From: Snowella sp.
Lineage (GTDB): Bacteria; Cyanobacteriota; Cyanobacteriia; Cyanobacteriales; Microcystaceae
Length of the DNA stretch: 64,000 nucleotides
Assembly (NCBI GenBank): GCA_035285545.1
Contig: JAYKGY010000135.1
Span: 16,874-80,873, forward strand
Direction of reading: 5' to 3'
In this document: positions 20,162-29,112 of the stretch, piece by piece
How the letters are laid out: every line of letters starts with the position of its first letter
Numbering within the stretch: position 1 is the first letter of the stretch
Translations under genes and position numbers: made by a program
The notes under the pieces: generated by a model
What the model saw: the letters and a program-made list of their open reading frames with translations, nothing else
What the model was told of the DNA's origin: nothing
Databases searched by the model: none

Positions 20162-20848
20162 GTGTTTACTGGAATTATTCAAGGACTAGGACAACTTAAC
20201 TCCCTTTCTCGCGATCGCGTTTGGGTACATCTGCTCCCCAGGACGGCACAGCAAATTATGCCGGATATTGCATTGGGAGATAGTATTGCCGTTGATGGCG
20301 TATGTCTAACGGCTGAAAAGCTCACCGATGATGGATTTATTGCCACTGTCTCTCCCGAAACCCTAAGTCGTACAACCCTGGGGAAAGCGAGCCAAACCGC
20401 AGCCTACGTCAATATTGAAGGATCGCTACGAGTCGGTGGGAAAATTGGCGGTCATTTCGTATCCGGTCATGTGGACGGCGTGGGCTGTTTAATCCAATCC
20501 ATTGCCACAGAAAATGCCTGGGAATTAACCTTTGGTGCCCCCAGCGAATTGACCCCACAATGGCAACGTTACCTAGCCCGCTATTTAGTTTCTAAAGGGA
20601 GCATTGCCGTGAATGGCATTAGTTTAACCATTGCCGATTGCGATCCCCAGGGCAGTTGGTTCAAAGTGGCGGTTATTCCGGTTACCTATGCAGAAACGAA
20701 TTTAGCCTATTTACAAACCGGGGATTGGGTCAACTTGGAAGGAGATATATTGGGGAAATACGTTGAAAAATTACTGGGCTATCATCAATCATCAACGCAG
20801 CCAGCAGATATTAATTTAGCTTTCCTTAGTGAACATGGCTATAGCTAG
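20162..20848 (+). CDS. ribE: Riboflavin synthase (alpha chain)
   Basis: N-terminal MFTGII; GDSIAVDGVCLT, GGHFVSGHVDG, KGSIAVNGISLT and VNLEGD motifs. Confidence 0.96.
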   Translation: MFTGIIQGLGQLNSLSRDRVWVHLLPRTAQQIMPDIALGDSIAVDGVCLTAEKLTDDGFIATVSPETLSRTTLGKASQTAAYVNIEGSLRVGGKIGGHFVSGHVDGVGCLIQSIATENAWELTFGAPSELTPQWQRYLARYLVSKGSIAVNGISLTIADCDPQGSWFKVAVIPVTYAETNLAYLQTGDWVNLEGDILGKYVEKLLGYHQSSTQPADINLAFLSEHGYS

Positions 20849-21968
20849 GATTTTCCTCAGAAACGGGAATTTCTACCATAAAGACTGAACCTTGGGGGGA
20901 ATTGGGGCGAATATCGAGGGAGCCGCCCTGGGCTTCAACCGCCATTTTACAAAACGTTAACCCTAGACCAATCTGAGAAACATTCTGCCGTAATACACCC
21001 ACTTCAAACTTCTTAAAAATTTGCTGTTGGGCTTCTGGGCTAATCCCGGGCCCCTCATCGGCAACTTTGATTTGAAGGCGATCCTGGGGAAGATAATCTA
21101 AGCCGAGGGTAACCTGACTGGCCGCAGGCGAGAACTTTAAGGCATTGGCAACTAAATTATCGATAATCCGCCGTAAAATAGTGGTGTCAATAAAAATTAG
21201 ATTGCCGGGTTCGGGAAACTCGGTTTTTAATTGAATATTGGACGCAGCCGCAATTAATTGAAAATCCGTAATGATCGATGAGCCGAATTCATGGAGATCG
21301 GTCGGGACGGGATCAAACAGGAATTTTCCCGCTTCTAATTTCGCCATTAACAACAAATTATCAATCATGCGCTGTAACCGTTGCCCAGAATCCAGAATTT
21401 GATCAACTTTTTTTAAAATAATCGGTTGCTGATCGGGTCGATGGATGTAGCGTTGAACAATCCCTGCGGCTAACATAATTGTGGCAAGGGGATTTCGGAG
21501 ATCGTGGACAAGCATATTCGACATATCTGCCCGCATCATTAAGGTTTCTTCCCGCAGTTTCAGTAAATTTTCTAATTCATCATGTTGGGCTTTAATTCTC
21601 AGGAGGGAACGAACTCTCGCCCGCAATTCCACGAGATCGATGGGTTTACTGATAAAATCGTCGGCTCCTTGATCGAGGCAACGGGCTAAATCGGCTTTTG
21701 AGGTGAGGGCCGTCACCATAATAATGGGAATATGTTTGTATCTGGAATCGTTTTTAAGACGATAGCAAACTTCTAACCCGTCCATCCCCGGCATCATGAC
21801 ATCAAGTAAAATAGCGTCGGGGCTGATACTTTCCAATAATTCCAATGCCTTCAGACCATTAGACGCATAGTAAAGTTGATAATCTTCGCTGGTTAATGCC
21901 ATTTCAATAACATCAAAATTATCCAGTTGGTCATCCACGACGAGAAGGGTTGCTTGCTCCAGAATCAT
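20826..21968 (-). CDS. Hybrid response regulator / histidine kinase (REC-HisKA-HATPase)
   Basis: LVVDD...LLDVMMP receiver; HDLRNPL H-box; N-box, DEGPG and GLGL. ATG at 21968 overlaps the upstream stop (ATGA). Confidence 0.9.
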   Translation of the reverse strand: MILEQATLLVVDDQLDNFDVIEMALTSEDYQLYYASNGLKALELLESISPDAILLDVMMPGMDGLEVCYRLKNDSRYKHIPIIMVTALTSKADLARCLDQGADDFISKPIDLVELRARVRSLLRIKAQHDELENLLKLREETLMMRADMSNMLVHDLRNPLATIMLAAGIVQRYIHRPDQQPIILKKVDQILDSGQRLQRMIDNLLLMAKLEAGKFLFDPVPTDLHEFGSSIITDFQLIAAASNIQLKTEFPEPGNLIFIDTTILRRIIDNLVANALKFSPAASQVTLGLDYLPQDRLQIKVADEGPGISPEAQQQIFKKFEVGVLRQNVSQIGLGLTFCKMAVEAQGGSLDIRPNSPQGSVFMVEIPVSEENPSYSHVH

Positions 21969-24900
21969 TGGGATACCTCGCACCGACCACAAAATTTCTG
22001 AATGGTTTCGATCAACTGCTTGAAGCGGACGGGCTTATTTAAATAGTCGTTGGCTCCTGTGGCGAGATAGCGATCGCGGTGTTCAGCACAATTCAAAGCG
22101 GTTAATAAAACAATCGGGGTTTCCCCTAGATGGGGGTGAGAACGAATTTGTCGGGTGGCTTCTAACCCATCCATTTCCGGCATTTGAATATCCATAAAAA
22201 TCAAATCGGGTTGATGTTGAACCGCTAGTTCTACCGCTTTTCTACCATTATGGGCCAATAATAGACGATAACCTTTTTGGCTTAAATAATCGTCCATACT
22301 TTTCCGATTTCCTTCATGATCATCTGCCACAAGAATTAATGGAGACACTTGCCCATCCGTTGGGGGAGTCCTCCAGGTGGTAACGGGCAAGAAAACAGGC
22401 GCAGCGGGATTTTCTGAAATATCGGGGGTAATATAGGGTAGACGAACGGTAAAACAACTCCCGTGATCCACCTCACTTTCGACTGAAACCCTTCCTCCAT
22501 GCTGAGCCGTAATGCGTTGGACTAAGGTTAGACCTAGCCCGGTGCCCGCATACTGACGGTTTAGGCTGCTATCAATTTGGATAAACGGCTGAAAGAGCTT
22601 GTCGAGATCCTGGGGATGAATACCAATTCCTGTATCAATGACCGAAAATAAAATTTCAGTATATTCTAAATGAACCGCTAGGGTAACGTTTCCCCCCGTT
22701 GGCGTAAATTTTACCGCATTACTGAGGAGATTAATTAAGACCTGACGCATCCGTCGTTCGTCTAGCCAAACTGGATCGAGGGGTTGAGTAATTTGGGTTT
22801 GCAAATGAATTTGCTTAGAAAAAGCCAAATGTTGGACAAACAGGATACTGCTTTCACACAGTTGACTCACAGAAACGAATTCGCATTGTAGCTCTAATTT
22901 ACCCGCTTCAATTTTGGCGAGGTCTAAAATATCGTTGATTAACTCTAAAAGATGTCTGCCACTCCGTTCAATCAGGTTCAAGGCTTCCCATTGTCGGGGA
23001 TTGATCTCTCCAAAGACTCCATCCTGTAAGCTTTCTGCCATTCCTAAAACGGAATTGAGTGGCGTTCGTAATTCATGGCTCATATTGGCCAAAAATTCAT
23101 CTTTCAGGCGGGTTGCACGGGCTAATTGGGCATTGGTTTCTGTGAGTTCTGCTTCGTAGCGTTTCCGTTCCGTAATATCGGTTAAGGTTCCAATATAGCC
23201 AATAATAGTATTATTCGCAGTCCGTTCGGGTAAGGCTTGCCCATAATACCAACGAATCGTTCCATCGGGTCTTAAACACCTTGCTTCTGCTTGATAATAC
23301 CCCAGTTGAGTAAATTGTTCGTTCCATACGCTTAAAACTCGTTCTCGATCATCGGGATGGAGGGTGTCGATCCAACCTTGACCGAAGGCGGCTTGGGTTT
23401 CTCGTCCGGTGATTCGGCTCCAATAATCATTGACATAGATGCAATTTCCTTGCTGATCGATCCGAAAGATCCCAACGGGGGCGGCGGCGGCGGCGGCGAG
23501 GGTGGCAAATCGTTGTTCACTGTTGCGAAGATTCTCTTCCGCTATTTTTCGTTCGGTAATGTCCATCGCAAAGCCAAAAACACGGGTGACTTGACCAAAT
23601 TCGTTCAAACTGGGCCGTCCTTTGGAAAGGATATAACCCGTTGATCTATCGGCTCGAATAATTTGAAAATCGACTTCAAAGGGATTCCCGTTTTCAATAG
23701 CTTGTTGAAAGAGTCTTGCTCGTAGCTCGCGATCGCGGGGATGGAAATATTGGGTGAGGTCGTGATAGCTTAACTCGTTGTCGTCAGGATTGAGTTTAAA
23801 GATTTCATAGAGTTCAGGCGACCAGGTAATCTTGCCAGAGAGAACATCGAGTTCCCAGCTTCCTAAACGGGCAAATTGTTGAGTTTCCCGTAAACGCTTT
23901 TCACTCTGTTGTAAGGCTGCGGTACGCCGATCTACCCGTTCTTCTAGGTCTTGATTTAAGCGATGCAAGGCGGCTAATGCTTGTTGGAGTTCCTGCTCTT
24001 TTTGTTTTAACGCCGTTAAATCCGTATTGGTTCCAGAATTTCGCAAGGGCTGACCCTTTTCATCCCGTAGGGTAAATCCCCTAGATAACACGGGTATATA
24101 GTGGCCTTGTTTATGTTTCAGGCGATATTCTAGCTCGGCCGCTTCTATGGCTTTATCGGCTAAGGTTTCATAAAAGACCGTATTCACGCGATCGCGATCT
24201 TCGGGATGAATCAACGATTGCCATACTTCTAACGAGGGATCGAATTCATCGGGTTCGTAACCGAGCATTTGCCACCAACGGGGGGATAAATAAAGCGCAT
24301 TGGTGAGCAGATCCAAATCCCACCAACCATCATTAGAGCCTTTGAGAACCAACGATAAACGTTCCTTAAGTTCTTGAACCTTGAGTCCCGTTTGTTTTTG
24401 CTCTGTTGTTTCGGCAATGGCTCCATACCAAGCGATGGTTCCGTTGGCTCGTCGTTCAGGTTGACTAATGGCCCTCAACCATTTGAGCTTGCCAGAGGGG
24501 GTAATGATTCGCCATTCATAGTGAAACGTTTCTAGGGTTGTGGCACTTTGAGCAGCAGCGGCCAGATAGCCCTCTACATCATCTGGATGAATTTGAGAAA
24601 AGGCAACTTGGGCGTTATTTAAGATGCTTTCAAGGCTCACTTCATGAACCATTTCGGCGGCGGAACTAATATGTTCAAAATAGGTTGAGCCATCTAAATT
24701 CAGGACGATGATATAAATAATGACGGGTGAGATCGCTGAAATTTGCTGAAAGGTTCTTTCGCTTTTTTGATGTTGAGTGAGTAGGGTTTGGAGTTCTGTC
24801 GTCCGTTCGGCAACCTTATCTTCTAGGGAACTATTGAGGGCTTGTAAATCTTGATAGAGTTCGGCCTGCTGGAGCGCGATCGCTAGCTGTACCGCCAGAC

Positions 24901-25822
24901 GTTGCATCAAATAGCGTTCCGATTCCTGCCAATCGCGGGGCCCCGAACATTGGTGAACAATCAGTAATCCCCAGAGCGAAGGTGGTTGGGCTAAATGATT
25001 CGGCAAAAGAATGGGAACGACTAAATTGGCCCGCACCTGAAACTGTTCCAACAACTGCAAATAACACGGTGTTAAATTCGCCTCATAGATATCAGATACC
25101 GCAAAAGTTCGCCCTAGCTGGTAATTTCCCCCCCCGTTATTTTGAAAACAGGAGTCTTCAATCTGAGTATTTAAGCAAGAGTCCCAAGGCGGAAGTACGG
25201 ATTCGGCAACGATTACCCCACTCCTATCGGGATTAAATTTGTAAACCGCAACGCGATCGGCTTTGAGTAAACTGCGGACTTCCTGAACGATGGCTTGATA
25301 AATTTCTTCTAATTGAAAGAATTGGTGAATATACAGCGAAATCTGGGCAACTAAGGATTCCTGGGATTGTAACTGCTCTAATTGTCGAGTGAGGCATAGC
25401 TGATTAAAAGCATTACGAACGCTCCGACCCAGGCTAGAGGGGTTAATATCTTCTTTCACTAAATAATCGCTTGCCCCTAGCTTCATCGACTGTACCGCAA
25501 TGCGCTCATTTCCCTGCCCTGTCATCATAATCACCGGAAGTTTGCCCGCTTGCTTGATGTCTCTAATTGCTTCTAGAAACGCTAACCCATCCCCATCGGG
25601 TAAATTCACATCCATCAGCACCAGATCAGGACGCTGCGATTGCCAATAGGATAAGGCTTCTTCTAAGGTCTCTGCTTCTATAATTTGATGAGTTTTTAAC
25701 TCAAAATTCGACTGAAGATAACGGCGGTAAGTCAAGCGATCGCTTTCTGAATCATCCACAATTAAGATACTTTTCAGAGATGGCAAAGCAGGGGACATGC
25801 TCGGTAGCGCAAAATTAGACAT
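21965..25822 (-). CDS. Hybrid sensor kinase REC-GAF(DXCF cyanobacteriochrome)-4xPAS/PAC-HisKA-HATPase-REC
   Basis: N-terminal receiver; GAF with EDSCF and LTPCY; IHPDD/IHPED/FHPRD/LHPDD PAS-PAC repeats; FLANMSHELRTPL; G-boxes; C-terminal receiver FMDIQMP. Confidence 0.9.
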   Translation of the reverse strand: MSNFALPSMSPALPSLKSILIVDDSESDRLTYRRYLQSNFELKTHQIIEAETLEEALSYWQSQRPDLVLMDVNLPDGDGLAFLEAIRDIKQAGKLPVIMMTGQGNERIAVQSMKLGASDYLVKEDINPSSLGRSVRNAFNQLCLTRQLEQLQSQESLVAQISLYIHQFFQLEEIYQAIVQEVRSLLKADRVAVYKFNPDRSGVIVAESVLPPWDSCLNTQIEDSCFQNNGGGNYQLGRTFAVSDIYEANLTPCYLQLLEQFQVRANLVVPILLPNHLAQPPSLWGLLIVHQCSGPRDWQESERYLMQRLAVQLAIALQQAELYQDLQALNSSLEDKVAERTTELQTLLTQHQKSERTFQQISAISPVIIYIIVLNLDGSTYFEHISSAAEMVHEVSLESILNNAQVAFSQIHPDDVEGYLAAAAQSATTLETFHYEWRIITPSGKLKWLRAISQPERRANGTIAWYGAIAETTEQKQTGLKVQELKERLSLVLKGSNDGWWDLDLLTNALYLSPRWWQMLGYEPDEFDPSLEVWQSLIHPEDRDRVNTVFYETLADKAIEAAELEYRLKHKQGHYIPVLSRGFTLRDEKGQPLRNSGTNTDLTALKQKEQELQQALAALHRLNQDLEERVDRRTAALQQSEKRLRETQQFARLGSWELDVLSGKITWSPELYEIFKLNPDDNELSYHDLTQYFHPRDRELRARLFQQAIENGNPFEVDFQIIRADRSTGYILSKGRPSLNEFGQVTRVFGFAMDITERKIAEENLRNSEQRFATLAAAAAAPVGIFRIDQQGNCIYVNDYWSRITGRETQAAFGQGWIDTLHPDDRERVLSVWNEQFTQLGYYQAEARCLRPDGTIRWYYGQALPERTANNTIIGYIGTLTDITERKRYEAELTETNAQLARATRLKDEFLANMSHELRTPLNSVLGMAESLQDGVFGEINPRQWEALNLIERSGRHLLELINDILDLAKIEAGKLELQCEFVSVSQLCESSILFVQHLAFSKQIHLQTQITQPLDPVWLDERRMRQVLINLLSNAVKFTPTGGNVTLAVHLEYTEILFSVIDTGIGIHPQDLDKLFQPFIQIDSSLNRQYAGTGLGLTLVQRITAQHGGRVSVESEVDHGSCFTVRLPYITPDISENPAAPVFLPVTTWRTPPTDGQVSPLILVADDHEGNRKSMDDYLSQKGYRLLLAHNGRKAVELAVQHQPDLIFMDIQMPEMDGLEATRQIRSHPHLGETPIVLLTALNCAEHRDRYLATGANDYLNKPVRFKQLIETIQKFCGRCEVSQ
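23480..23497. repeat. (GCC)6 trinucleotide repeat encoding poly-Ala in the kinase linker
   Basis: GGCGGCGGCGGCGGCGGC on the + strand; protein reads FATLAAAAAAPVG. Confidence 0.9.
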
Positions 25823-26116
25823 GAGCCAAAATTAAGATTAATGGTTAATCGTAGCAGAGCGATTCTTTGGAAAAAAATAAAAGCTGGGTACGATAATTCA
25901 AGCAATATTTAAGAGACAAATGCACTCGGCTTGATCCCTTTATTGCAGAGCGTTGAGCAAAATGGCAATGGCCATTAAATGCCTAACAACTTAACCACTT
26001 ATTTTACTTAAAAATAGAGAGTTTTTGGTGTCTCAATTAGCAATTTTCTTAATGGACAATAAAAAAATGATTTTAATGAATTTCTTGGCAAAAAAATAGA
26101 TTGATCGAAAAACACT

Positions 26117-26154
26117 GAATAGGGAATAGGGAATAGGGAATAGGGAATAGGGAA
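26117..26154. repeat. Heptamer tandem repeat (GAATAGG)5, STRR-like
   Basis: Five perfect copies plus GAA, between rcp and the hybrid kinase. Confidence 0.92.
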
Positions 26155-26184
26155 ATTTCAGACAAGTAAATCTTAGATTAAATT

Positions 26185-26616
26185 TTAATTTTCCATGCTT
26201 GGTAATATTCCGACTTCAAACCAATATTGATAAAAAATAGCGATCGTCTCTTTTAATTTTTTAATTCCCATCGGCTTCACTAAATAACTATTCGCGCCAT
26301 AAAAATAACAGGTTTCAATATCTTTCGGATTAGCAGAAGTCGTTAAAACTACGATAGGAATAGCTTTGAGCCTATCCCGCTGTTTAATTTGTTGGATCAC
26401 TTCCCGCCCATCCGTACCGGGTAAATTCAAGTCCATCAAAATTAAAGACGGTCGGGGGGCATCGGCAAAGGAATTTTTTTGGTACAAATAGCCAAGGGCA
26501 TCTTCCCCATCACAAACGCGATGAAGCGAACAGGTAATGGCGAGTTCCCGCAACACACGACGCAGTGCTTCAAAGTCCTCATCACTGTCTTCTACTACTA
26601 AAATCAAATCATCCAT
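26185..26616 (-). CDS. rcpB: Phytochrome-associated single-domain response regulator (Rcp1/RcpB type)
   Basis: LVVEDS, RPSLILMDLNLP..DGRE, VLTTS, ANSYLVKP and FYQYW motifs; directly downstream of the phytochrome. Confidence 0.85.
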   Translation of the reverse strand: MDDLILVVEDSDEDFEALRRVLRELAITCSLHRVCDGEDALGYLYQKNSFADAPRPSLILMDLNLPGTDGREVIQQIKQRDRLKAIPIVVLTTSANPKDIETCYFYGANSYLVKPMGIKKLKETIAIFYQYWFEVGILPSMEN

Positions 26617-26645
26617 TTTAATGCGCGGCTATTGTCTTCTGGATT

Positions 26646-28931
26646 CTATAGTTTTGTCGTCGGCAAAGTAAAGTAAAAAGTACTTCCCTCACCATAGACA
26701 GATTCAATCCAAATTTTTCCATGATGTCGCTCTAAAATTTTCTTAACGATTGTTAGACCCACTCCCGTTCCTCCGCCATACTTGTTGAGGGCGTGTAATC
26801 GCTTAAAAATGCGGAAAATAGTATCAAAATGTTTTTCTTGGATACCAATCCCATTATCTTTAATATAAAAGGTTAAGAATTTGAAATTTTCTGAGGCGAT
26901 CGCTGGGGAAACTTCTGACTCTAAATAGCCAATTTCCACCCACCTTTCAGCGTTGTTATTGTATTTCAGCCCATTGCCCACAAGATTTGTCAAGACTTCT
27001 TCTAAAAGAACGCGATCGCCGAGTACGGGCGGTAAGGGCCGAGGAATCCGAATTTCAATATTGTCCTGCTTTTTCGTGACGGTAAAAAGTTCCCCAATCG
27101 ATTGCAGAGACTGATTGAGATCCAAGGTTTGAAAATTTAACTCCTGACGACCCAAACGGGAGAAATGCAACAGCGCATTAATCAGATCCTCCATCCGTTT
27201 CGTCAATTTCACCAAAGTATGGAGCTTATCAACCCCTTCTTCATCCAGTACATCGGCATAGTCTTCTAACAAAAAGGTGGAATAATTATGAATCCCCCGT
27301 AATGGTTCTTTGAGATCGTGGGAAGCCAAATAGGCAAAGGCATCTAGTTCCGTATTACTCCGCTCCAGTTCTAAATTAATGGCGGCTAACTCATTGACTT
27401 TGCGTAACACAATCCCCACCACCGCACTCCGCAGTTCAACGGCTCCTTCAATTTCCCAGGGTTTCCAAGGAAGGGCTTGCAAACGAACGGTTTCTTGCCA
27501 CAATTCAAAGGATTGGCGGGGAAAAATCGTCAGGGATCCGTCTGCTTCAATGCGTTGTGGCTTATGGGGATTACCTGCCCAATTGACTTTTTGGAGGATT
27601 TCAGGTCGGAACCACAGGACGTAATTTTTTTGAACTTTGGTAATGGAGAGGGCTAATAAACCGCTAGCGACTTGTTTAAACGCGATCGCGGGCGGATAAA
27701 TCTGGGGCAACACCTGGGTGACAAACAGATCGTTTTGAAACTTATCGTCTAACCAATCAATTAAATCCGATAAGGCTTCTTCGGGGGGAGTATTGCCCAC
27801 TTTGACCAAATTTCCTTCGGTATAAACAGCCGCGCCTTCTGCCCCGACGAGGGCTAACAGGCTATTGCGGTCTTTGACCAAAGCATCGGTAATATTTTCC
27901 GCCTGGCCTAACGTGTTAATTAATTGAGCCTGTACCGACTTCAAAAACAGTTTATAGTCCAAATCTTCATTGGCTTCTTTAGCGGCTAACTCCAAGGACA
28001 TCACCTGACCGAGAAATTCGCATAGGTTTCGGGTTTCGTAGGGAATGAAATAGGGCGTTTGATGATGGCAAGCAATGAGTCCCCACAGTTTCCCCTCCTT
28101 GAGCAAGGAAATGGTCATGGTTGCACTGACTCCCATATTTTTTAGATATTCAATATGGATAGGGGATACACTCCGCAATACACTGAAACTCAGATCCAAG
28201 GGAGTGTGGCGATCGCTGTCTAGGGCAATAATAGGGATCGGCTCATAGTCCACCGTAGGAATCAGACGCAACAGATTGAGGGTATAGAGTTGCTTGGCCT
28301 GACGCGGAATATCGGAATCGGGATAATGTAAGCCTAAATAGGATTCTAGGGTGTCTAATCGATCTTCTGCAACAATATTGCCGGCTCCCGTTTCATCAAA
28401 TTGATACACCATCACGCGATCAAAACCCGTCAGTTGACGGATCTCTTTGGCCATAACCTCACACAGTTCACTGATATTGGCCGCACTTTGGAGTTTGAGT
28501 AAAATTTTTTTGGAGGACTGGTAGAACTGGAGCGGATTAATCAGATGATTGGCCCCATTTGGCTCCAATTCTAAAATAATGGCATCATCGTCTAAGGCAT
28601 GAACAATCCCATTGAAGGGCTGGACACCATTAGCCGTTGTCAGGGAAAGTTTTAGGGGATTAATTTGTTCAAAATGACGCTCTAAACAGCCTTCTATGGC
28701 TGCGATTTGCTCGTTTTCTAATAAAAGGCTGAGGGGTTGCCCTAACATTGCGTCACTGGCTAGCCCAATTACGGCTTCCGCATTATCGCTCACCTGGGTA
28801 ATTTGCCAATCGGCGAGTAATACCACCAATAAAAGCCCGTGGGGTTGAATCGCGCCAGGAATATGGATGGGTTCGCGATCGCAATTGGTTAAATTAATCG
28901 TTTCGTTCTCTACAGACTGGTAGGTAGTCAC
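26646..28931 (-). CDS. cphB: Bacteriophytochrome-type phytochrome histidine kinase (CphB/AphB-like; PAS-GAF-PHY-HK)
   Basis: LTNCDREPIHIPGAIQPHG, DIP motif, LRSVSPIH (no GAF Cys), WFRPE, WAG, PRQSF, SHDLKEPL and G-boxes. Confidence 0.9.
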   Translation of the reverse strand: MTTYQSVENETINLTNCDREPIHIPGAIQPHGLLLVVLLADWQITQVSDNAEAVIGLASDAMLGQPLSLLLENEQIAAIEGCLERHFEQINPLKLSLTTANGVQPFNGIVHALDDDAIILELEPNGANHLINPLQFYQSSKKILLKLQSAANISELCEVMAKEIRQLTGFDRVMVYQFDETGAGNIVAEDRLDTLESYLGLHYPDSDIPRQAKQLYTLNLLRLIPTVDYEPIPIIALDSDRHTPLDLSFSVLRSVSPIHIEYLKNMGVSATMTISLLKEGKLWGLIACHHQTPYFIPYETRNLCEFLGQVMSLELAAKEANEDLDYKLFLKSVQAQLINTLGQAENITDALVKDRNSLLALVGAEGAAVYTEGNLVKVGNTPPEEALSDLIDWLDDKFQNDLFVTQVLPQIYPPAIAFKQVASGLLALSITKVQKNYVLWFRPEILQKVNWAGNPHKPQRIEADGSLTIFPRQSFELWQETVRLQALPWKPWEIEGAVELRSAVVGIVLRKVNELAAINLELERSNTELDAFAYLASHDLKEPLRGIHNYSTFLLEDYADVLDEEGVDKLHTLVKLTKRMEDLINALLHFSRLGRQELNFQTLDLNQSLQSIGELFTVTKKQDNIEIRIPRPLPPVLGDRVLLEEVLTNLVGNGLKYNNNAERWVEIGYLESEVSPAIASENFKFLTFYIKDNGIGIQEKHFDTIFRIFKRLHALNKYGGGTGVGLTIVKKILERHHGKIWIESVYGEGSTFYFTLPTTKL

Positions 28932-29112
28932 GCTGAAATACTTTTTATTTTAAAATAGCTTATCTCTGTTCAATTTAAAATCACCCAAAGTTAGTAAACA
29001 GTCGTCACTCAACATTTTTTTGTAATGCCATTGTTGCATCCTTCATTTCGTCAGTATCATGAAGTGACCACGACTTTCTAGCGCGTTTTGGGTGCTTAAG
29101 GGTATCAGTTAG

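Noticed and set aside
23332..23644. Poly-Gly and poly-Pro ORFs (23357..23644 +, 23332..23520 -)
   Set aside because: Alternative-frame readings of the (GCC)6 tract inside the hybrid kinase.
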